Positions 1 to 8,672 of a stretch of DNA of 22,002 nucleotides are shown piece by piece. The translations under genes were made by a program, and so were the position numbers. The notes below the pieces were generated by a model. It was not told where the DNA came from. It ran no database searches and saw only the letters and a program-made list of their open reading frames with translations. The stretch comes from Candidatus Hermodarchaeota archaeon (lineage in GTDB: Archaea; Asgardarchaeota; Thorarchaeia; Thorarchaeales; Thorarchaeaceae). The stretch is taken from contig JBHLLF010000042.1 in NCBI GenBank assembly GCA_048885865.1, forward strand, positions 1 to 22,002. The letters are read 5' to 3'. Each line of letters begins with the position of its first letter. Positions within the stretch are counted from its first letter, which is position 1.

Positions 1-519
1 TACAACTCTGCGGCAATCTTTGGCGCCGGCAAGCATCTCACTACTTATCGCAAGATTCAGCTATTCGACAAAGAGAAGGAATGGTTTCTTCCTGGTAGTG
101 AAGAGCCCCCAGTAATTGAGCATAATGGATATCGTTTTGGAATAATGATATGTTTTGATTGGGCATTCCCTGAGATTTCTAGGATATTAGCAATCAAAAG
201 GGCTCAGATTATCCTGCATCCAGCAAATCTTGTCCTCCCATTCTGTCCAGACGCGATGATCACAAGATCAATAGAGAACCGAGTGTTTACAGCCACTTCA
301 GGAAGGACCGGCGAGGAAAGAGATGTGCATTTCATTGGCGGCTCTCAGATAACAACGCCAAGAGGAGGAGTTCTTCTTCGTATGGGCGAGGGAGACAGCG
401 GTCTCCAGTGGGCAGATTTGGACCTCATCGAAGCAGATGATAAGAGAATGACTGCACGTAATGATGCAATCGCTGATAGACGCCCAGGCCTCTACAAACG
501 GCTTAGCGAGGTTCCTTAG
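1..519 (+). CDS. Nitrilase / carbon-nitrogen hydrolase family protein, 5' end outside window
   Basis: Frame 1 is open from base 1 (YNSAAIFGAGKHLTTYRKIQLFDKEKEWFLPG...GIMICFDWAFPE...HPANLV). It carries the catalytic Lys (YRK) and Cys (ICFD) motifs of the nitrilase superfamily. The ORF-track start at 145 is internal. Confidence 0.9.
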   Translation, partial: YNSAAIFGAGKHLTTYRKIQLFDKEKEWFLPGSEEPPVIEHNGYRFGIMICFDWAFPEISRILAIKRAQIILHPANLVLPFCPDAMITRSIENRVFTATSGRTGEERDVHFIGGSQITTPRGGVLLRMGEGDSGLQWADLDLIEADDKRMTARNDAIADRRPGLYKRLSEVP

Positions 520-874
520 TCTTACTCGGGATTCGCGAATGCCATTCATCTGACGGATATTTCTTCTCATTTTCTTTCATCTTATTGAGAATGGCATCAA
601 AAGGATTGATTCCTGTAACATCTGCCAGCCTCAGTATGTAAATCATGACATCTGCTATCTCCGAGGCAAGCTTGGACCGATAGTGTTCGTCTTTGAGGTA
701 TTGGTCAATCTCATCATCGTTGAGCCATTGGAAGAGTTCCAGTAATTCTCCAGTCTCTATAGATGCCGAAACAGCCAATGACCCTGGCTTTTGGTATTTC
801 TCCCATCCGCGTTCTTCAACGAATTCACGTATTCGCAAGATTAGGTATTCTAGTGAGCGCTCGTCTTGGCTCAC
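503..874 (-). CDS. MazG-like nucleotide pyrophosphohydrolase (all-alpha NTP-PPase, DCTPP1-like)
   Basis: FVEERGWEKYQKP..LAVSASIETGELLELFQW...SEIADVMIYILRLAD...NKMKENEKKYP matches the ExxE..ExxD MazG-like pattern. GTG start; 17-nt convergent overlap with the nitrilase gene. Confidence 0.9.
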   Translation of the reverse strand: MSQDERSLEYLILRIREFVEERGWEKYQKPGSLAVSASIETGELLELFQWLNDDEIDQYLKDEHYRSKLASEIADVMIYILRLADVTGINPFDAILNKMKENEKKYPSDEWHSRIPSKTKEPR

Positions 875-884
875 CCTACAACAC

Positions 885-1451
885 CTAATCCTCAGCGTCA
901 GGTGCCATAAACTGACTACGCATAATCCACAATGTGTAGATCAGAAAGACCTCAACAACGATGAATAAGACCACCAGGGGTGTTTGGAGGACAGGAACGA
1001 ATGAATAGCCAGTTAATGCCCATGCAATAGTGTCAATGAATCCAACGACCAGACTTACAATCGAGATTATGATGAATAGCATACCTATGAAGCGAATTCT
1101 AGTGCTAGAGGTTATCCATGCCTTCAACGAGTAGATAATTGCAACGACACCTAATATGCTAAGCCCGTATAGAGCAATTATGTGATACAACCATGTGAAC
1201 CAGATAGCCGCAGGCCACGGAAGAATGATGCCAAAGCCGACAAGAGTCAGAATGAATGCAGTCTTTGGCCAAGGATCCTCCAGGAACCCAGTGAAACGAG
1301 ACTCTCGCTGCTTTATGAAGGCTTGTTCTACTTCTTCAGGAAAGTCCTCTTCATCTTCATAGTACTCATCGTCTTCATCATCGTAGGACTCGTCGTCTTC
1401 ATCCTCAAACTCGTCGTACTCATCCTCGGAATCGAACTCTTCACTTGGCAT
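885..1451 (-). CDS. Hypothetical membrane protein with highly acidic N-terminal tail and about 4 TM helices
   Basis: About 40-aa D/E/Y-rich N-terminus followed by four hydrophobic segments. GGAG upstream of the ATG; the gene ends 10 nt before the MazG-like gene. Confidence 0.8.
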   Translation of the reverse strand: MPSEEFDSEDEYDEFEDEDDESYDDEDDEYYEDEEDFPEEVEQAFIKQRESRFTGFLEDPWPKTAFILTLVGFGIILPWPAAIWFTWLYHIIALYGLSILGVVAIIYSLKAWITSSTRIRFIGMLFIIISIVSLVVGFIDTIAWALTGYSFVPVLQTPLVVLFIVVEVFLIYTLWIMRSQFMAPDAED

Positions 1452-1597
1452 TTTGCTCCCTCACAGGTTGAGTGGACTGTCGAGGTTGCGTGTGGGTTAA
1501 AACAGTTGTTGTTTGTGGGTTCAGGATTCGAGGTTTGTCATTCTCTTCGTTGTCCACAGGAAATACCATTAAAACATGAAGATTCGGGAGAAGGTGT

Positions 1598-2176
1598 ATG
1601 TCATCCAGTGCGGAACTCCTTGACAACGCAAGAGCATTGCGTCAGCAAGGAGAATATCAGAAAGCACTGGATGCATACAGGCAGGTAATGGAACTGGATA
1701 ATTCCAACCTCGAAGCGTTGAATGAGATGGGACTCGTCCATATTCTCATAGGAGAACAGACATTCGCGCTAAACGCCTTTGATCTTGCGATTTCTATTGA
1801 TCCCAGCGACCCTAGAGCGTATAGCCATAAGGCCGAGGCATTTCTGACTCTGAGTGAGTTTCAAGAAGCCTTGACTGCGGCAGAAAAAGGACTTGCAGAG
1901 GCACCAGAGGACCCTGACCTTTGGGCAAAGAAAGCCAGAGCTCTTGAAAGCGTAATGAGAATCGATGATGCAATAGCGGCATACAATGAATCAATCAAGT
2001 ACGACTCGGAGAATCCAAAGACTTGGAAAGCACTTGCGCTATGCCTTGATGCTCAGGAGAAGTGGTCCGAGGTTGCTCGTGCGTATAGGATAGCAGGAGC
2101 TCTCCATGAGAAACGCGGGGAAACTCAGGATGCTGAGAGCTGCTATAAATTCGCAGAATTTGCAGAGAATTCATGA
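1598..2176 (+). CDS. Tetratricopeptide repeat (TPR) protein
   Basis: About five 34-aa repeats with A..A/G..Y..A...DP patterns; AAGGTG upstream of the ATG. Confidence 0.9.
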   Translation: MSSSAELLDNARALRQQGEYQKALDAYRQVMELDNSNLEALNEMGLVHILIGEQTFALNAFDLAISIDPSDPRAYSHKAEAFLTLSEFQEALTAAEKGLAEAPEDPDLWAKKARALESVMRIDDAIAAYNESIKYDSENPKTWKALALCLDAQEKWSEVARAYRIAGALHEKRGETQDAESCYKFAEFAENS

Positions 2177-2242
2177 AAAAGAGAGGAACATGGCCTCGCT
2201 CCCTGCGGGAAGCAGAGTGCAGAGACCAGTTCTATGCGGGTC

Positions 2243-3967
2243 CTAGCGTCTTCTGAACACCACAGCCAAGACCAATGCAGCAACGGCAGCTATGATATAG
2301 ATGCCATATTCAGCTAACAGCGAAACTATTCCATCAGGCGGTGGTGGAGGAGGAGGTGTGGTTGTGGGAGGGGGTATTGAACCAAGCGAATCACGAACAC
2401 GAATCACGCGCTCCATACTTTCATGCCAAATCGTGTGCGTACCATTAGTCCACTCGACATAAGCCTTGACAGTTATGTTTGTCCCATCAGCCTGTTGAGG
2501 AATCACATAGTCATAATTCGCAGTTGTCCCCTGGTAGTTCTGGGGTGTAGTGTAGACACTCGAGGTAATCGTATGATTGGTCCATTGACCGTCAGCGATT
2601 TTAACTCCGAGCTTGACTTCTTCAACATCACCTGTATCATTCAGCATATGTGCATACACAGTGACTGTGATATCTGCGTCACTAGCAGGAATATTGGGGT
2701 TCCAATCAAGATTCACTTCATCGGAGTTGGCAATCTCTCCCAGCTTCCAGTCATAATCGAAAACATCCAAGTACCATTGAGCGACCTCTTTATTCTCAAT
2801 GATGACTCCTGCTTCTCTATTATCTCCAATGCTTCCATCACTATAGTTGATGCTGCTAATCAGAACTAAACGGCCATCAACTATAATGCCTTTGTTGTGC
2901 ATGGCTGTGAACCAGGTTTCATATTGATAGACTACCGGAATACCATGCGTTTCGAACTCGATTACAACATCCTCGATGTCAGGCTTGGCATTTTCTTCGG
3001 TTATGACTCTCACTGTGACTCCTCTGTTCTTCGCGGCAATGATAGCGTCAATGACTTGGTCAACCTCACCACCGTCACCAACAGAAGTGAAGTAGGCAAT
3101 TTGGATATCTAGTGTTGCTCGAGCTGAGTTTATGCAATAGAGAATGCCCTGCAGACTTGTAACGGGGCTGAAGATTGGAGTCACATTCATTGGACCAGAG
3201 AATTCGCCTGGCGTACTGAATGGCCTGGGATAAGAGCTTCCGCTTTGAGTATAAGACAGGGGATTTCCAGTCCCGTCACGGACTTCATCATAAGCAACTC
3301 CATTCCGCCAGTCATAATCGAAGACCGATCTGTAGACAGCAGTAACTTCTACGTCAGTCATAGCGATGCTCCATTCCCTGTTGGCCTTCTTTCCAGCCTC
3401 AGGAAAGCTTGTCTTCGCCCAATTCCCAGAATGAACTATTGTAGTTTTGTTGTCAATAATCACGAATTTCTGATGTGCGTATGTGAATTCGGTATCACTG
3501 GTCCATCTAAAGGGTACACCTTCTTGTGTAAGGTTATACGCCACATATGGATTAGGAAGATAAGGTTCCATGTAGCCAAGACTGTCCCACCCCATCATGA
3601 CCTTGATGTCAAGTGATGGATTCGCATCTCTCAGGGTGTAGATATGATCTAGGATATACGGATTGTTAATTCCATATATCTCAACGTAGATACTCTCCTG
3701 AGCGCTGCTCAGAAAATGCCAGAGCTCATCGCGACTACCATCTGGCCCCACGAATGCTGTTACATTCATGTTTCTGTTGAGAGTTTCCCAAGTGATCTCT
3801 GAACTAGTGAATTGCATTTCAGGCTTGGCATCAGCTATCGGAATAAATGCCAATGGGATGATTCCAGAAAGCATCAGCGTGGCCATGAATAAACCTAGCA
3901 ACTTGTGGCGGTTTGTATTCAAGTAAGTAATCTCTCCCGTTAATCGTTGGGTGGTCAGGCTGTCCAT
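2243..3967 (-). CDS. Phospholipase D superfamily protein (two HKD motifs), predicted secreted and C-terminally membrane-anchored
   Basis: HQKFVIID..SGN and HNKGIIVD..SSIN motifs. N-terminal hydrophobic signal; C-terminal Pro/Thr linker, TM helix and RRR tail. Exact start codon uncertain. Confidence 0.9.
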   Translation of the reverse strand: MDSLTTQRLTGEITYLNTNRHKLLGLFMATLMLSGIIPLAFIPIADAKPEMQFTSSEITWETLNRNMNVTAFVGPDGSRDELWHFLSSAQESIYVEIYGINNPYILDHIYTLRDANPSLDIKVMMGWDSLGYMEPYLPNPYVAYNLTQEGVPFRWTSDTEFTYAHQKFVIIDNKTTIVHSGNWAKTSFPEAGKKANREWSIAMTDVEVTAVYRSVFDYDWRNGVAYDEVRDGTGNPLSYTQSGSSYPRPFSTPGEFSGPMNVTPIFSPVTSLQGILYCINSARATLDIQIAYFTSVGDGGEVDQVIDAIIAAKNRGVTVRVITEENAKPDIEDVVIEFETHGIPVVYQYETWFTAMHNKGIIVDGRLVLISSINYSDGSIGDNREAGVIIENKEVAQWYLDVFDYDWKLGEIANSDEVNLDWNPNIPASDADITVTVYAHMLNDTGDVEEVKLGVKIADGQWTNHTITSSVYTTPQNYQGTTANYDYVIPQQADGTNITVKAYVEWTNGTHTIWHESMERVIRVRDSLGSIPPPTTTPPPPPPPDGIVSLLAEYGIYIIAAVAALVLAVVFRRR

Positions 3968-4027
3968 CTACACCACTTATAACTTACTAAGCAGCATAAG
4001 AACTCAGATGCAAAGAGGTCTGCCATT

Positions 4028-4285
4028 ATGAAACTATTCTATCGAATTGACCCTGCTGTGTACCGTTCCTGCATGGATAGAATTCGTGAGGAGTTTGGAA
4101 TGCACGAGGAGGTCGATGAGGATAAAATAATCCTTTTACTAGATGATGAATCAAGAATTGTGAAAGTGACAGGTAGCTATATGCCGGAACAAGATAGTGT
4201 AGCTTCTGTGAAGGTGATACTTGAAGATCGAACTCTGAGGGATTTCTTCAACTCCGTATTAGGCCAACCCTACAAGGAGAAATAG
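4028..4285 (+). CDS. Small hypothetical protein (85 aa)
   Basis: GAGGT RBS upstream of the ATG, globular composition, fills the gap between flanking genes. Confidence 0.75.
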   Translation: MKLFYRIDPAVYRSCMDRIREEFGMHEEVDEDKIILLLDDESRIVKVTGSYMPEQDSVASVKVILEDRTLRDFFNSVLGQPYKEK

Positions 4286-4355
4286 AATGTCGAAGACAGG
4301 GAAGCATCCACAGGATTCGTAGAGCCCCCCTGTCGGATTCCTAGCTGCACCAGCG

Positions 4356-4538
4356 CTATGCTTCTTCGATAGCGCCCTCTGGGCAACTGTCGACACAAGC
4401 GTAGCACTCAGTGCATTCATCAGCACGAGCTTCCTGATAGACTGCTTTGTCGTTCACAACATATAGAGTTGGATCGACCGGGCAGACGTCGGCGCAAGTG
4501 CCGCATGCAGTGCATGCATCAGTTACTTTCCACATCAT
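4356..4538 (-). CDS. 2x[4Fe-4S] ferredoxin
   Basis: CTACGTCADVCP and CTECYACVDSCP, i.e. two CxxCxxCxxxCP motifs. Confidence 0.93.
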   Translation of the reverse strand: MMWKVTDACTACGTCADVCPVDPTLYVVNDKAVYQEARADECTECYACVDSCPEGAIEEA

Positions 4539-4730
4539 GGCCAGTCACTTCGCGATTGGACTATTCTGTAAGTCCTACACGTGAGTGCCGCCACATGTTA
4601 CATTTAAACTTCGGGGTTGGACAACTCGCCTAATTGGCGACTTCGCAACTTTCAAAAGCATTCCTCAAGGTCGCGCAGAGAACAATCAAATACGCTGAAT
4701 GAGGGCGAAAATGAAGGTTTTCAGGTGAAG

Positions 4731-6212
4731 ATGATGTCAGAAGTAGTCGGGCAAGACACCTCAGATGAGAAATTTGCTCGACGACTTGGTCTCATAGGAG
4801 CAACCAACCTTGGCCTGGGAGCTATGCTCGGCGGCGGAATCTATGTCATCTCAGGCATCGCAGCAGGCATGGTTGGACCTGGACTCATTATTGCATATCT
4901 AGCAACTGGACTTCTCACCATCTTTACCGCAGTCAACTATGCGGAACTGTCATCATCCATCCCAAAGCAGGGAGGCGGCTACACATTTGTCCATGATACA
5001 TACGGTGGACTCCCCGCTTTCCTGACTGGATGGTATCTATTAATTGGGAATATTGTTGCGTGTGGTTTGTATTCTCTCGCTGTTGCCCATACTCTCGCTT
5101 TATTCATTCCAACAGCGACTCCTGAGATGGTGACTACAATTGCAGTAGTTATAATCGCGCTCACTTTGACCACGAACATCTTGAGTGTGAAAGGAGTCAG
5201 CGGAGTTTTGGGTGTGTTCAACATTGCTCAGTCGGTTGTGCTCTTCTCCTTCATCGGACTGGGACTGTTCTTTGTCCAACCGACTAATCTCGATCCATTC
5301 TTTGCGCCGGGAACTGGATTCATCGAGCTGATGGCTACCGTCGCGTTTATCTATATCAGCTTCATAGGATATGAGCTCATCACCACTGCTTCAGAGGAAA
5401 TCAAAGAACCGGCGAAGAACATACCAAGAGCCATTCTCCTGACCCTATTGATTGCTACAACAATCTATGTCACCGCAGCTTTTGTCATGGTAGGGGTGGT
5501 CCCCTACAATGATTTGGCGAGCCTCGAATCACCGGTTCCTGTTGCTCATGTATATGGCTCAATGTTCGGAACTGGTGCATTCTATTTTGGCCTGGCAGGA
5601 ATGGCAGCCTCCAACTATGCTGCTCTCAATGCCACATTCCTATCCACAGCTAGGGTGGCATATGCTCTAGGCCGAGATCGCTTCTTACCTGGATTTCTCG
5701 AAAGAGTAAGTGCGAGATTCAAGACTCCAATTCCAGCGCTTCTTGTTACTTTTATCGCTGTGAGTGCATTCGCATTAACTGGAAGGGTTGACCTAGTGGC
5801 ATCCCTTGCGGGGCTAGCTTACCTTGTAGGACAAGCCATTGTGAACTCCTCCGTGATAGTGATGCGTATCAGAAGGCTAAATGTTCCAGGTACTTTCAAG
5901 GCTAGATTCTTTCCTCTATTCCCAATACTGGGCATAGCAATCTGTTTGCTTTTCATTCTGTATCAATCATTCGAGGCTCTTTCAATGGGATTCTGGTTTG
6001 GGCTGATTGGACTCCTGATTTACATCGCCTATGGACGCGGACAAAGCATAAAGAAACTGCGTGAGAGTCGACCCGAAAGAGTAGCAAGATCAGTATTCGT
6101 GATTCAATTGAATCTTGAAAGTGACAACACTGTTGGGCACTATACTCCGATCACTGAATCAGAAATGCCAATGGTTGAGAAGATAACGGAATCCAATAGA
6201 GATGATGATTAA
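4731..6212 (+). CDS. APC-superfamily amino acid permease
   Basis: GAMLGGGIY (TM1), YAELSSSIPKQGGGY, FIGYELI..SEEIKEPAKNIPRA, about 12 TM segments. Start moved from 4617 to ATG 4731, which follows AGGTGA at 4723-4728. Confidence 0.92.
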   Translation: MMSEVVGQDTSDEKFARRLGLIGATNLGLGAMLGGGIYVISGIAAGMVGPGLIIAYLATGLLTIFTAVNYAELSSSIPKQGGGYTFVHDTYGGLPAFLTGWYLLIGNIVACGLYSLAVAHTLALFIPTATPEMVTTIAVVIIALTLTTNILSVKGVSGVLGVFNIAQSVVLFSFIGLGLFFVQPTNLDPFFAPGTGFIELMATVAFIYISFIGYELITTASEEIKEPAKNIPRAILLTLLIATTIYVTAAFVMVGVVPYNDLASLESPVPVAHVYGSMFGTGAFYFGLAGMAASNYAALNATFLSTARVAYALGRDRFLPGFLERVSARFKTPIPALLVTFIAVSAFALTGRVDLVASLAGLAYLVGQAIVNSSVIVMRIRRLNVPGTFKARFFPLFPILGIAICLLFILYQSFEALSMGFWFGLIGLLIYIAYGRGQSIKKLRESRPERVARSVFVIQLNLESDNTVGHYTPITESEMPMVEKITESNRDDD

Positions 6213-6213
6213 A

Positions 6214-8028
6214 TCAGCCATGTTCGTCAAACCACTTCCTGAGAGATTCGGCAGACTTCTGGGTCATTCCCTCTACCTTTCCAATCTCTTCAACTGTTGC
6301 CGCCTTTACTGCATCGAAACTTCCGAATGATTCGAGAAGTGCCTGACGTCTCTTTGGTCCTATACCTGGAGCCTCTTCTAGGATTGAGCCCGTGAATCTC
6401 TTCTCTCGAAGCTTGTGATGATATCTCTGAGCAAATCTATGAGCTTCATCTCTGATTGATTGAACTAATCTCAACGCCGCTGATGAAATCTCCAACTCGA
6501 TCCCATCCTTTGCATCCCTTGTGAATAGCATCTCCTCTCTCTTTGCCAGAGCAACAAGAGGCAAGTACTCTAGTCCATGCCGGGAAAGAGCCTTATGAGC
6601 TGCGCTTAGCTGCCCCTTCCCACCATCAACTAGTATCAGATCTGGCAAAGGATCGCCACGCATCAGCACTCCCTTATATCGACGAAATATGACTTCATTC
6701 ATCATAGCGTAGTCATCAGGTGTGGTTTTCCCACGCACCTTGAACATTCTATACTTGGAATTATCCGGATCCCCATTGATGAAGACAACACAAGAACCAG
6801 TTGGGTCTGTTCCTTGGATATTTGCGATATCAAAGCCTTCGATGTGCATTGGCGCTTGGGTCAGCCGAAGGGCTTCCTTCAACTGCTTCACACCATCATG
6901 AACAATCTCCTCGCTGCTTTCTCCAAGAATCAGAATCTTCCTTAGAGCGCGGTATGCATTCTTGTTGGCCATTTCCACCAAGTCTTGGGATTTCTGGTCT
7001 GAAGGAAGCAGGAACTCTACTGCATGCTCGTCCGTTTCTGTAAGCCATTCACCGAGCTCATCCATCTCAGGAATTTCTGCTGGGAGAATAATCTGGTCGG
7101 GGACTCGTGGAATCGTGAAATAGAATTGCCCAATAAACGCAGTCAATATATCCTGGTCAGGAGTATCCAAGTCCACATCGAAGTAGAAATTGTCTTGACC
7201 TATCAGTCGACCATTTCTGATTATTAGCATCTCTACCAAGGCAGCTTGTTCGGTTCGTGAAATCCCTAGGACATCGCGGTTGGTACCTTTGAACTCTACA
7301 ACCTTCTGGCGACTCATAAGAATCTGCATGTCAGTAAGTCGGTCCCTCAATTCTGCGGCTTTCTCGAATTCCATGTTCTGTGAAGCTTCTTTCATTTGAT
7401 CCTCTAGCATCTCGGCTACTTCATCAGATCGACCTTCCAGATACATACACATCTGTTCTACTAGAGAACGATAGGCTTCTTCGCTAATGTGTTCCTCACA
7501 TGGACCTGTACATCTATCAAGATGGAAGTCCATACACGCCCGCTTGACTTTGGTGGGATCCTTGCACATGGCAATTGGAATGAATTTCCTTATTGTGTCC
7601 AAGAACCGTTCAAGACGCTTCGTACTTCCATATGGTCCAAAATAGACTGCTCCGTCTCTTTCAGCATCACGAGTAATTTCAAACACAGGGTATTTTGAAC
7701 CGAGATCGACTCTAATCCAAGCATGCCGCCGATCATCTTTCAGTTTAATGTTATACGGTGGTCGATGCTTCTGAATCAATGTAGCTTCAAGTACAATGGC
7801 TTCCTTTTCGGTGTTCGTGACTATAGTATCAAGGTCTCTCGCGGCAAACATCATTTCAGCTGTTCTACGATACTGACCATTAGGATTCAGATAGGAGCTT
7901 ACCCTTCGCCTGAGATATTTGCTCTTGCCAATGTATAGTATCTGCCCATTCTCGTCCTTCCAGAGATAGACTCCTGGAACATCCGGCAGGTCATTTACAA
8001 GCTCGGCAAGATCAACCATCGTGGTCAC
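6214..8028 (-). CDS. uvrC: Excinuclease ABC subunit C
   Basis: GIY-YIG N-terminus (PGVYLWKD..ILYIGKSKYLRRRV, PPYNIKLKDD), Cys cluster, UVR domain (EFEKAAELRD), RNase H-like domain (EGFDIAN, DDY, PDLILVDGGKGQ, RDEAHRFA) and C-terminal HhH (PGIGPKR). Start may be ATG 8019. Confidence 0.97.
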   Translation of the reverse strand: MTTMVDLAELVNDLPDVPGVYLWKDENGQILYIGKSKYLRRRVSSYLNPNGQYRRTAEMMFAARDLDTIVTNTEKEAIVLEATLIQKHRPPYNIKLKDDRRHAWIRVDLGSKYPVFEITRDAERDGAVYFGPYGSTKRLERFLDTIRKFIPIAMCKDPTKVKRACMDFHLDRCTGPCEEHISEEAYRSLVEQMCMYLEGRSDEVAEMLEDQMKEASQNMEFEKAAELRDRLTDMQILMSRQKVVEFKGTNRDVLGISRTEQAALVEMLIIRNGRLIGQDNFYFDVDLDTPDQDILTAFIGQFYFTIPRVPDQIILPAEIPEMDELGEWLTETDEHAVEFLLPSDQKSQDLVEMANKNAYRALRKILILGESSEEIVHDGVKQLKEALRLTQAPMHIEGFDIANIQGTDPTGSCVVFINGDPDNSKYRMFKVRGKTTPDDYAMMNEVIFRRYKGVLMRGDPLPDLILVDGGKGQLSAAHKALSRHGLEYLPLVALAKREEMLFTRDAKDGIELEISSAALRLVQSIRDEAHRFAQRYHHKLREKRFTGSILEEAPGIGPKRRQALLESFGSFDAVKAATVEEIGKVEGMTQKSAESLRKWFDEHG

Positions 8029-8101
8029 ATCTAGGGTTCTATCTATCCATAGAAAAAGACCTGCAAATCAGTGATTCGGAAGGTGCCAGTTCACTCAGCT
8101 T

Positions 8102-8557
8102 TCATTCCGATGCTCGGAGCAATTGGGCACGCCAACTCAGAAGTGTGTCACAGGACTGCCCCTTTGAACATCCATAGTAAGTGTAGTGCTCGCATGATAC
8201 ACAAGGTGAAACATCTGAGGATGCGCGAGAAGGTTTCGCTCCATCCACGCTCTCTTCGAGTTTCTTCAATCTGTCAATTCTCCGATCTAATTCATCAACA
8301 ATAGTAGTCTGCCTGAGGACTGATAGGACTTCTTCGAGTTCTTCCCAGTATTGTTTGGGTTGAGGATTAAGGGATATTGCTTTCCGAATAGCTCCTTCAG
8401 CCTCGCGATGCCGTCCTCTAGTGCTGAGATATTTACCTAGGGAGAACCACGTGTGTGCATCTCTCGGAAAAGTCGCTATGCGTCTACGAAGGTCAGATTC
8501 GTAGGCTGACATTTTGAGCGGCGAGACAGAGTTCACTCTTCTTCTACTTGAAGTCAT
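8102..8557 (-). CDS. TPR-containing protein with C-terminal four-cysteine cluster
   Basis: One TPR-like unit (AHTWFSLGKYL..GRHREAEGAIRKAISLNP), a coiled-coil-like segment, then PCVSC-x7-C-x5-C-xx-LxxW. GGGAGG upstream. Confidence 0.8.
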   Translation of the reverse strand: MTSSRRRVNSVSPLKMSAYESDLRRRIATFPRDAHTWFSLGKYLSTRGRHREAEGAIRKAISLNPQPKQYWEELEEVLSVLRQTTIVDELDRRIDRLKKLEESVDGAKPSRASSDVSPCVSCEHYTYYGCSKGQSCDTLLSWRAQLLRASE

Positions 8558-8672
8558 TGATGCCTGTCCTCCCGACGGACTAGAAACACTCTGGATTTTC
8601 CACTAATATAAGATTTGGAGACGTATGATAATTTGAAAGGGTCTACGAGAAATCGGCAACGGTTGGCGCGGT

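Noticed and set aside
4296-4335. GACAGGG...CCCTGTC stem between convergent genes as a possible SECIS element
   Set aside because: Neither flanking gene has an in-frame TGA at a Cys position and no SECIS core is evident; at most a terminator-associated hairpin.
4617-4730. N-terminal extension of the permease from TTG 4617
   Set aside because: The extension is unlike APC proteins and occupies the divergent promoter region, and a good RBS precedes ATG 4731.
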